Source of the DNA: Octopus vulgaris
Taxonomy: Eukaryota
DNA: 64,000 nucleotides
Direction of reading: 5' to 3'
Assembly: GCA_951406725.2 (NCBI GenBank)
Contig: OX597818.1
Coordinates: 95,852,001-95,916,000 of the forward strand
Below are positions 39,552-51,062 of the stretch, piece by piece. Below the pieces are notes generated by a model. That model was not told the DNA's origin, ran no database searches, and saw only the letters and a program-made list of their open reading frames with translations. The number at the start of each line of letters is the position of its first letter. Within the stretch, counting starts at the first letter, position 1. A program made the translations under genes and the position numbers.

Positions 39552-41710
39552 GAAATCTAGTGTATGTTAAATCAGAGATGTTATCCTGATGTTTAGTGGC
39601 AACAAGTCTCCTTCATTCTCAAGAATCCTTGTTAGGGTTCATGTAGAATGTAGGATGGCACTTTCCTGAAAGTAAACAGTATGTATTTCGGTTCTAATAT
39701 CCTTCCTTCAGCCGCTTATGTAGCAATTTGGACATTATGCAAGCCGTACCAATTACCACAGGAACAACTATCCCCTTTGGGTTCCACAATTTCTGCTTCT
39801 TTCTGGCTAGGTCGTAATGTTCTTAAATATTCTTAGCTTCCTTGATATCCACTTAATATCATATGGAGTTGCAAAATCAATGATCAGTAAAAGGCTATTC
39901 TTCTGAGTTCTTGTTGGGTGAAATTTCCTGGGATTTTGTTGATGAATCTTTCTAGTCCCTTTCTGGTTATTCCAAGTCCTCTGATTATTACTGGTATGTT
40001 AACTCTCTATGTCCTTTACAATCATGCCTAGTTTCCTTGCTTGATAGTTTGGTCAGTCTCTATGAAACAATCCCATAAAATTCTGTAATTATGGTAGCTT
40101 CTAGCTCATGTTCTTGCCACTTTTTCATCACTTCAAATTCACAATCTTGGCTAACATCCAAATTCACTCTTTTACTGACATAGTCATGCTTGCATTTATA
40201 CTTTTTTGTACTAGCTTATTGTACTCAACTTTGGAGGTAGTTAATTCATTTGTCCTCTTTTCCACACATTATCTTGCTTTCCATTGGTAATTTCATATGA
40301 CTTTCTACTGCACCACTTGTTGCACCTCCATGTTTCTGAGGTGTGTGCAGCACTATGTTCTTATTTTTGTGGGGACTGGGGGAATATAGACTCCTCCTGT
40401 TGATGCACTGCATCAGTTTGTTTTGTTGTGGGGTATTGTTTCTGTTTCTTGTCATATGAATATGTGTTCTGTGGTGCATAGTGTGTATAATGTGGATTGT
40501 GCATGTTTATTTTGTATAGTATATGTTGCATAAGTTGTGTTGTTTTAGATTATTATATGCTTATTGTATAGATTGTGTATTGTGTGTGAAGATCATTCTA
40601 TTTCAGTTATTCTATTGGACCATGAGCTATTGGATCATGGCCATGTTGTTTTGCCTTCTGTTTTATTCTGTGTGCAAAAGATTTTGCTTCAGTTTCATTT
40701 TGTGTTAATTCAGGGATAGTTCTTGTGAAAATTTTCTTGTTTCTTTTATGACTAAGAATAGTTTTTCCTGATGATGTTTGACAATTCCTAGAAAGAAGTT
40801 TTGTGGTATTGAAAGATAGGTGTCTAGGTCCATGGTAGTGATTTTGTAAACTAGTTTGAACTGTACAAAGCCTCTACATCCCTCCACTCTTGGTAGGTAA
40901 ATAAATTATCATCTGCCTTTGAATGGTATATGTTAGATATGTTAGCTTTTCTTCTTGTTTTACTACCTCATTTCATAATTTCATTTACTGTCCTGTTTAT
41001 AATATTGTAACTGTATGTTACCACAGCAATAGCTTGAGTATTGATGGTTAAAATCAGTTATATGCATTTAGTTCAGTCTTTAGTATGATTCTTACTTTAC
41101 TGCAATACTCTTTTCAATTTTTCTCTTTTCTGGCAGAATGTTATATGTCATCATCTTCATTTACTCCTAGGTATTTGTCTGTGCCTTTCCAGTTAAGCTC
41201 CTTGATTTAGGTGTCATTATTGGGCATATGTTATGTGTTGCAGTAAGCTTACTTCTTGTGAATGTAACCTAGGCACATTTATTTAATCTAGACTCCATTT
41301 TAATTTCATCACTGAAACTTTTTACAAAGGTTAGTAGAACAGCTTGTTTTACATTCTTGATAAAAGTTTTTAAATCATTCATATAAAACAGATAGCTCAA
41401 TTTACTATTTTCTGTTTCATACAAATAGTTACTGTTGATCCTTCATTGTGGTTTAGAGTTAGTGTTATTTTTCAATAATTTTTCATATTGTCTTTTATGC
41501 AATTTTGTTATTGGACAGACTTTATAGATCTCAAGACTCTTCACTGTTCAGATTTGTGTCAAAGGCTTTTCTTGTAGTCAATCCTGGTTGTTGACAGGAC
41601 TTTATTTTCTTGATTTGGCTTCCTTAAGCATTATTTATTTATATTATCTATAAACTGGTCTTTGCAACTATAGCTTCTCTTTCTATATCCTTTCTGTTTG
41701 GCTGGTAGCA
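39550..41710 (-). pseudogene. Fragmented R4/Dong-like non-LTR element (RT and restriction-like endonuclease remnants)
   Basis: Minus-strand remnants QKGYRKRSYSCKDQ, DYKK, LFYMNDLK and DEIKMESRLNKCA (RT), plus IIDFATPYD and VPVVIG (RLE). The 3' end abuts (ATT)n. Confidence 0.7.
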
Positions 41711-41727
41711 AGTTGTTGATTAAAAAG

Positions 41728-41779
<52 letters not shown>

Positions 41780-41962
41780 GGCACGGGCATGGCTGTGACA
41801 TATATCTCACACCTCTGTCAACATTGTACCTTGCCATTGTGACTCAACACTATTCCACATGATTGCCAAATAACACTATACTACACCAATTCAAGTTGTC
41901 AGCATATTGTAATTTGCCCCCAAGCTTATATGAAATAATACTTTTCTTTCCATTTCTTTCAG

Positions 41963-42358
41963 GTTTCCTATCCCCTCTCACCAGTTTCTCTGCCTCCTCC
42001 CACCACCATGCAAGCTACAGGCGTATTCACATGGCGACAGCCGATGGACGTTAGCTTGTACCCACCAGTAGGGAACCCTTGTGCCTACTTACTAGAAAAT
42101 GCTCTATGCTACATTATATCTGGATTGTTGCTGCTGGTTGTTGGAGTTATTATCACATCACTGACCTTTCAGAACCTTGAGGACTACAAAAATGAGCATG
42201 TCAACCGATACGCAGGGCCTGTCCTGATAGGGGCAGGGATTTTGGTTATCGCTCGCGGTGCCTTAAGTCACCTTTGCCCCCAAAGGTCACAGTTTGCTCG
42301 GCAAAGGTCTTTGCTGCGGAGATATGTGAGAGAATTGTATACGAGGCCTATATTAGGG
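41963..42358 (+). CDS. Host gene exon: two-transmembrane protein (TMEM171/174/200/PIRT-like architecture)
   Basis: Strong acceptor TTTCTTTCCATTTCTTTCAG, ACCATG at 42008 (frame also open from the exon start) and donor GGG|GTAAGT. Two hydrophobic helices (ALCYIISGLLLLVVGVIITSLTF and AGPVLIGAGILVIA) are followed by an Arg-rich segment. The family assignment is an inference. Confidence 0.85.
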
Positions 42359-43335
42359 GTAAGTAGCTGTTGTTGTAATTATTGTTGAAGCATCCCACAG
42401 CCTCTTCTTTATATCCTGTAATTTCACTTTCCCAACAAGGGAAATCTGAAGAAAATTATTTGATATTGCCAGTAATTGTTGAGCATTTGAAGATCTAGTC
42501 TTTAGTGTTTCATCCATGTTGGTGATAAATAATAATTTTTACGCTGGTATAATTTGTAGAGGAGAGGGTAGAGTTGATTGAATTATTTCTAATACATGAC
42601 TAGTTGCTTCATTAAACTTGTTGGTACATGTCACTTGCACTATCTCTTTTACAAGGTGATATAAAATAAAAACTGTTTTACCCAAGAAGAATTTACCTCA
42701 GTTAAAAAAAGATCTGGCAGTAGGTAGGGAATTAACAGATGTTTCACCCATAATATGGTACAAAAGAATCCAAAGACTCAGTCTTCTAACAACAGTTCTA
42801 AAAAAATATTTTAAAAAACCTCCAAAAAACTCATGCTTGACCCTGGAGATTTTGCAAAAAATCAATAGGACATAGATGGAAGAAAGTAAATAATGTAAAG
42901 CAGTTTGGCTGGTGCACTGTAGGGAGCTTCTACTACTCCCTTAATCCTGTGCTAATATTGAATCATATGTAGTAAACATACTGAGTGACATAAATGGCAA
43001 AGTGCCAGATTGAATGGCATAATGTGTTTAGTTTCATCTTGGTATATTCTGAGTTCAAAAACAGGTAATGCAGTGGGACTATATTAGTTTTGCATCTCTC
43101 AGTGGTCAATAAAGTCAATACCAGTAATACAGTTCAAATTAATTATGTTGACTATAGTTGCAAATAGTTACTTATGGCAAAAGACACTTCCCCAAAGTGC
43201 TGCTCACTGAGATAAAAAAAAAATGGAACTAGGTGTTTGAGGAACCAACTTTTTAAACCACAGTTTGACTTTCTATAACCCTTTGATAAATGGTTTTGAT
43301 TTATTGTCAGGGGACATACACACACATATACACAC

Positions 43336-43376
<41 letters not shown>

Positions 43377-43387
43377 CATACATATAT

Positions 43388-43760
43388 ATCATCATCATCA
43401 TCATCATCATCATCATCGTTTAACGTCTGCTTTCCATGCTAGCATGGGTTGGATGATTTGACTGAGGTCTGGCAAACCAGACTACAATCTGATCTGGCAG
43501 AGTTTCTACAGCTGGATGCCCTTCCTAACGCCAACCACTCTGAGAGTGTAGTGGGTGCTTTTACGTGCTACTGGCATGAGGGCTAGTTTGGCAGTACTGG
43601 CAACAGCCACGCTCAAATGATGCTTTTTATCTGCCACCTGCACAGGAGCCAGTCCGGCAGCACTGGCAACAACCTCGCTCGAATGTTTTTTTTTTCACAT
43701 GCCACTAGCACAAGTGGTAGTAAGGCGATGCAGGTAACGATCATGCTTGAATGGTGTTAT
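43388..43760 (-). mobile_element. RTE LINE 3' UTR fragment
   Basis: Closely similar to 51063-51400, including the (CAT)n tail. Confidence 0.85.
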
Positions 43761-44406
43761 ATACATATTTATATATCGGTATATATTCGGCAAAAGAGAC
43801 ATCAGAATAAGTACTGGGCTTGATTCATTCAACTAAACATTCTTCAAGGTTGTGTTCCAGCATGGCTGCAGTCTAATGACTGAAACAAGTAAGAAGTAAA
43901 AAATAAAAGATATAAAAATGACTGATTGACACCAGTGATGTACTGGTGACAGTCAGATCAACTGCATCTCATCTCTTGCAAAGAGTGGTCAACTCAACAG
44001 ATTATTCTTATTAGCAGTTTTATTAAACCTGGAAACCTAAGAAATGGGACAAGTTGTAAAGAACCAGCTAGATTAAATGCTTTGCAGTGTTTAAGTATGA
44101 TCTGTTTTTACTTTGAATTTAAATTATACTTAAGCTGACTTTTGTTTTTATTTCTCCAAGTTTGATAAACTGTGTTTAGAATCAAGTATGAAATGAGGTT
44201 TATTCAACCAGCTATATCCCTACTCTATAAGTTGGTGGCATTGTGCCAACATCAAGAAATATTGCTAAATATGAGTTGGGCAAGATCTTTCCTTCACCTA
44301 CCCCCATTGCTTTCAACAGTGCTGAAAGCTAGCTCTATCTTTCCTTCCCTCCTCTCTCTCTTTGTCTCTCTTTCTGTATATGTGTGTTTAAGAGAGAGAG
44401 AGAGAG

Positions 44407-44455
<49 letters not shown>

Positions 44456-45521
44456 ATGTATGTATACACATACATACATATTAGGCTTTTCTCTGCAATT
44501 ACTGAAGCCTATAGAAATTTTTAGAATCAGATAAGAGTGAACAATTTTCAATGGCTTATCTCCTTATTTCTAGAAGAAATCAATTCCTGCAGATATGTGT
44601 CCATGTTTTGTGTGTGTGTTGGTTGCTTGGTTGTTGTAAATCTATTTGATATTTATATGTGAATGTGTGTTTTTGTGGTGGTATATTTGGTTGTGTGTGT
44701 ATGCATGTTGCAAATATTTATGGTGTGTATGTGTGTTGGGTAAATATGTGTGTGTATAATAACTTTGTTTTGTTGTGTTAAGTGAGAGTATATATGTGCG
44801 TGAATTGTACATGTATGTTGTGCTGTGTGTAGGGTGGAGTATGCATGGATGTGTGCATGTGGAGTTTGTGTGGACATGTACTTGTGTTACACATCTTTCT
44901 AATTTAGTTGTTATATATTGTGTATATTTGTTTTGGGAAATATGTATACATATGAATCGTGTATGTGTATATATGTATGTCACAGTATATTTATGTGGTC
45001 TTTCAATGTGTAAATTTTTACACTGAGTATGCTGTTAATGTCCAGTATGTAATGTTTGTTGATATATAGGAGGACAAACTAAATTCAGTCCTTGAGAACA
45101 AACATGAGATTTTATCATTAAGCCAACAAATTAGGGTAGACCAACTAGTTAATTTAACAGAAGTTTAGCAAGAGGGAATAAAGGGGCAGTTTTCTACAGG
45201 GTGTAGTTGTGAAGAAGCACAAAATTTTCTCTGAGCTATTATATTTGTTAATTAAGATGAATTGGGGGATATACCAAATGGAGTTAACTGGGTGGGGTGG
45301 TAGAAACATTTGTTTATAAACAGGATTAAAAGGTAAAAGAGAGAAAGAGAGAGTGAGTTTATTATGCCTTCGCCTTCATCTTTTATTTTTTACTTTTTAC
45401 TTGTTTCAGTTATTAGACTGCAGCCATGTTGGAACACCACCTTGAAGAATTTTTAGTTGAATGAATCAACCCCAGTGCTTGTTTTTTAAAGCCTGTTACT
45501 TATTCCGATGTCTCTTTTGCC

Positions 45522-45567
<46 letters not shown>

Positions 45568-45572
45568 TTGTG

Positions 45573-45618
<46 letters not shown>

Positions 45619-45714
45619 CATTCATACATATGTATGTATGAGTTTGTTTGTATATATATACACACACACACATACATACATATGTATGTATATATATATA
45701 TACATATGTATGTT

Positions 45715-45747
<33 letters not shown>

Positions 45748-45816
45748 TCACACACATATATATACATATATATTTGTGTGTGTATGTATGTACACACACA
45801 CACACACACACACACA

Positions 45817-45873
<57 letters not shown>

Positions 45874-45983
45874 ACACACACACAAAGTATGGGGGTTTAG
45901 TTCACGGGTGATCTAAATGATTAGGTATGCCAAGTAAGTACTGTAGCAGATCGCTGGAGCTCCATCTCGGCTCTATATATATA

Positions 45984-46215
45984 CAGGGTTAGCCAAAAGT
46001 CACCTGTCAGTAAATCAAAACCAGTTAATTCCAAGATTTATATATGTTTAACAACTGAATGAATTTGATAAAAGCATCTAAATATGAAACATCATGAAAA
46101 TTGTTCAAATGATGTCCTTCATGAGTGACATATTTTCCCATTTGAGCCAATACAGAATTATAGATAGTATTTATGGGATTTTGATTTACTGTCTGGCGAC
46201 TTTTGGCCCACCCTG
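45984..46215. mobile_element. Tc1-like MITE (232 bp)
   Basis: TA|CAGGGTTAGCCAAAAGTCACCTGTCAGTAAATCAAAA ... TTTTGATTTACTGTCTGGCGACTTTTGGCCCACCCTG|TA. Confidence 0.88.
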
Positions 46216-46514
46216 TATATACTTGACTAGCTTCTTTCAGTTTCCATCTGCCAAATACACTCTCAAGGTTTAGTTGCCCCAAAGCTATAGTAGAAGACAC
46301 TTGTCCAAGGTGTCATGTAGTGGAACTGAGCCTGGAACCATATGGTTAGGAAGCAAGTTTCTTACCACACAGCCATGTCTGCACCTATATGTAAAGTGCA
46401 TTTAAAAAGTTGAACTATATTTGTCATTTAATATCAATTCATCTACTATTAAATAAAAACATAAGATCTAATCATTGTTGATTAATTCTCAGATGTATAG
46501 CTGTTATTTTCCAG

Positions 46515-46594
46515 CTTCGCAATGATTCTTCAAATCTCTGTGACATACGAGTATCAGAGTCTCAAGACATAGCAGAAATCCAAGAATGTCCCAG
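46515..46594 (+). CDS. Host gene exon (80 nt, phase 0-2): LRNDSSNLCDIRVSESQDIAEIQECP
   Basis: TTATTTTCCAG acceptor and CAG|GTAAGA donor. Open in the frame left by the exon ending at 42358. Confidence 0.75.
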
Positions 46595-46979
46595 GTAAGA
46601 TTCCTATGGATGTCTGAAGGGAGTTCTTTTGCTATTGGTGGTGGTAGTTGCAGGTAAGTATTGTGACAGGAGCAGGACTAAGTAAGTTTGGTTTTGTACC
46701 AAAGAGATATGTCAAGTGCTTGAGTAAAAGAAATGAAAGTTATACCACTATAATTTACATCTTTAGCTACTATCAACTACCATAATAATGCCCCTATAAA
46801 CTACTATTCTATCTTCTCTTATCACACATCTATGCCACTGTGACTTTTATTTCTAGCTACCATCTACTACCATTACATATTAACACCAGAAGTATTCAAA
46901 GTTGCTAAAATGTTTGACAACACAATTTCTGATGATTTCTCATGACAATCCTGCATCTTTAATATAACCCAAACTCAAA

Positions 46980-47390
46980 GACCAAGCTTTCACTTCAAAG
47001 CCCCCAAAATATTTAATTTCTGATCAGTTACTGACTGAATACACAGCTCAAATAAGATCTACACTGGTGCTCTACATACTTATATGTAATAGTCAGTTGC
47101 TCATCCACAAACATTTTAGACTGTATCCAAAAGAAAACTTTTCAATTGATTTACAATGACTCATTCACAAACACACAACAACCTCTGACTTAGAGTCATG
47201 CTGTTGCTTCTCTCTACTTCTATTGCTATTAAAATGGTGTTCGTTCCTTTGAATTAGCTAGTTGCACACCACCTCTGTTCATCTCTACTTCAGCCACCTT
47301 ACTCTCCTTCTCCCATGAATTTTCTGCATCCCATCTTTTAGACCCCTCCATGAATCATATTATCCAATCTTTTTCACAATCTTTTCAAAT
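46980..47390 (+). pseudogene. Old LINE (Jockey/CR1-like) ORF2 C-terminal remnant
   Basis: Remnants LDCIQKKTFQLI, QPL, HAVASL and FY..NG..ELA. Confidence 0.45.
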
Positions 47391-47689
47391 TCCTACTTCT
47401 GTCATCTTTGCCTACTCTAACAATCACTATCATTGCATACTTATATCACCTTCACCTTACTTTGCTGTTAACAATCCATGTTACCATCACCTACCTCTAC
47501 TATAGCTACTAACCACTACAACCACATGTCTGTACCACTCACCTATCTCTTCTGTAGCTACCAATGCATATCCATACTGATATCACCTAACTCTACTGTA
47601 GCTATCGTCTATGACAATCACATCTTTCTTACCACTGTCACCTACCTCTGCTATAGCCACCGTCTGCTACCTCCATAAATCTATACCTA

Positions 47690-47917
47690 TTTCTTTATTA
47701 CCCACAAGGGGCTGAACATAGAGGGGACAAACATGGACAGACATAGGTATTAAGTCGATTATATCGACCCCAGTGCTTAACTGGAACTTAATTTATCGAC
47801 CCCAAAAGGATGAAAGGTAAAGTCGACCTCGGCGGAATTTGAACTCACAACGTAACGGCAGACGAAATACCGCTAAGCATTTCGCCCGACGTGCTAACGA
47901 TTCTGCTAGCTCGCCAC
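47690..47917 (-). mobile_element. Young tRNA-derived SINE, second family (Meta-domain-like core)
   Basis: Minus strand reads GGCGAGCTAGCAGAATCGTTAG, GAGTTCAAATTCC (B box) and CCTTTCATCCTTTTGGGGTCGATAAATTAAG. The domain name is from memory. Other copies are at 32770, 38580 and 60510. Confidence 0.85.
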
Positions 47918-48293
47918 CTATACCACCTCACTCACCTCTATTATGTAGCTGCAACTTAGGACCACCACATGTCCACACCACTGTTACCACTTACCTCTGC
48001 TGTAGCAACTATCAACTGTCGTCATATGTCCACATCACTATCACTTACTTTTACCTTTGCTATCAACTACTATCAGCACATGTCCATGTTGTCATTATGT
48101 AACTCTTCAGTAGCTGTTATCCATTACAATCACAAGGCTATATATCACTATCACTTACCTATACTATACCTACCATCTACTACCCATGTCACTAATTTTA
48201 TTTATCATTTTAAAATATTTCTTCCTTGTCTTTTTCATCTGAATATTGTTGATCTGAAATGTTAACTTAATGAAATCTTTGTAAACATTTCAG

Positions 48294-48326
48294 ACCAACC
48301 AGACCAACTACACCAACATTTTTGAG
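48294..48326 (+). CDS. Micro-exon (33 nt, phase 2-2): (R)PTRPTTPTFL
   Basis: CATTTCAG acceptor and GAG|GTAAAA donor, frame-compatible with the previous exon. Confidence 0.6.
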
Positions 48327-51062
48327 GTAAAATCTATACATGTTCTTCTTTGTTGTCATGTGTACAAATTTCAGTTTATATTTTTTGTCAACACTGTCAC
48401 ATCACTGAAGACTAGACTTTCGGATCCAAAGAAATATATCGTGTCACAGTTTTAGCAATAATGTCTGTGAATACTCTTCATTCTTGTTTTGTTTTAGTAT
48501 CTATAATGCAATACCACTATTCATGTGGATTATCTCAAATGTGAGCGATCTTTTTGCAGAGAATATCTTTCAAGATCATTGTAGTTGAAGGAACTGAGAC
48601 TGTTAAAAAGCTCACCATCTCATCATCAAAAACCTACATCACAGGAGACAGGTTGTTGCAGCAACAGTGCTCTATAAAATTCACACAATATAAAGCTCTT
48701 CAGTGCATTGAACAATGTTGTCACTGCAGTATGGATGCTATTGTACATATAAAGACTAATACATTCATTCATGCTTATGCATACCCTTCAACACTTGATG
48801 CCAAAACTTACACGTTGGTCAAAATAAGGAAGGAACTTTCAGAAGCTGTCATCAGAGCCATGTCTATAATACACCTATTGTCATTGTCACCATCAGGAAT
48901 ATAGTGAACTAATAGATATCTGGTTATCTGTTTACAATCCTATTAACCCATTAACATCCAGTGGTGCTATTGTTCACAAATGCATCCAGTAAATGAATTT
49001 TAAAAAGTATAGTTTTTGCTAACTGTAAAATTATATATCAGAATATCTTCAGGTAGTTGTTTGTGATTATATCAAACAATAGTGAGGATCTTTTGGCCAG
49101 TTCCTGGGAAACTGGAAGAATGAATTAGAAGCAGAATTATATTCTAAGTCTGTCATGACAGTGTTAGGGGCTCTACAGTATATTCTAAGTAGTCTGTAAC
49201 CAGACGTTCTGTTCAGGTTGCATGTCATTTGTGTTCTGTGTTAATTGGATGCTGATCTAAAATTGCAATCCTATTTCCCCATCTCACACTTTACTATGTC
49301 CCTTGTAGATACATCATGTTCTACTAAAGCATTGTAGAGACACAGAGGGAAGCAGTTCATGTGATGACATAACTCCTGTTCTTATATTCATGCTTGCATT
49401 CAAACATACCTCTACTCAGTCTCTTGATTATAAAATTAACACTCAACCTTATAACTATTTGTAATCATTTACAATATTCATCATCAATACTCATCATCAT
49501 ACTTGTACTCATATGAATACTCATCCCTACACAGCTACTCAGCCTCATACATGTCTTCATCCTCATAACTCTCTCTATCCATATTTCTATTCATTCTCTC
49601 TAATCCCTTTGGTCTTCTTTGCTATTGTGTCTTGTTCCTGAATCAGCATTTATGTTGTATTATGCCTGATGAGAAACAGATTATCCTTCATTTATAGTCA
49701 GCAAGTACACACACACACACGTGTGCACGCACACACACATGCGCATGCGCACTCATGCATACACACGCACACACACACACACACACATACACACACACAC
49801 ACACACACACCGAGCCAACTTCAATCATCAAACAATCATTATGTTTAGACACCATCTAATAATACCTCATATATTTGTAAACATTTCATTCTAGTAAAAA
49901 TAATAACAAAATTTACTTTAAAACACAAAAGGGATGACTCATCTTTGATGTCATCTTTCATTTATCTAGTCTGTTGTTGTTGTTGTCACAATTCTTATTG
50001 TTGTCATTCACACCGTTCCATGCATTGTCTTGTACTTTGTTGTAAAGTTCTATTTTTATTGTCATTGTGTTAAATAAATAATTATACTGGTTTAGGTTGG
50101 TGTTCCTGTTGTTGCTGTTATTATTTTTTAAACTGCTTGAATTTGCTGACGTTACTGTTTTTGCTGCTGTGTTATTGATGTTATTGTAGTTGTTAACTAT
50201 GATGACAATGATGACGACAATATTAATATTAATGATGATGATGATGATGTTAACGATGATGCAGTAAATACATAGTAAATTAAGTGTCATCTAATTTCAA
50301 TTTCTGGTTGAAACTATTTCCACCTTATGAATGCTACATCCAATTTCTTCAGCTCTATAAATCTGGGAGTTCATTTCTATATAAGAAATTATGACCACCA
50401 CCACTAATCATCCTCACTATTGTTGTCAACATCATAGTCCTCATCAATGTATATGTCATCATCATTTGTACTGACATGACTATCACCACTACTACTACTG
50501 CTGCCACCACCACCAACAACAACAACACCGCCGCCGCCGCCGCCACCACCACCACCATCATCAGCATCACCATCATCATCATCATCATCATCATTATTAT
50601 TATTATTATTATTATTAGAGCTACTATTATTAAAGCTGGAATGAATTTATAATGATTGAGCAACGAGCTTGTGGTATTTAGTTGTAACCGTTTAAATTCT
50701 AAGTTCAACTTTGCCTCACATCCAGTAATGTACTAGGTTCACTTTACCTTTTCATTCTTCTATTCCCAAAGTTTTTTTTTTTTACAATAACATTATACTT
50801 ATGCAAGAAATTATTCTTATTATTGTTATTAACTCTTTTGATACCAACCTTCCTGAAATCACCTTTAGTTCCCTGATTCAATTTTCCTGTTTTAAAATTC
50901 TCCAAATTAAAATGTCATATCAAAATTTCACATTAATCTATGCTCCAAACACCATTGTAATAATGACAAAGTTATTTAAGTAAATTTTTCACTATTTTCA
51001 AAATTAATTAAAACAAATGCAGTGTATCTTTGGGTTGATAACATAAGAATCAATTTACTAGC

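Noticed and set aside
48554-48904. 116-aa ORF near the host exons
   Set aside because: It has a TTG start and no recognisable motif, and it is out of frame with the 48498 acceptor in phase 2.
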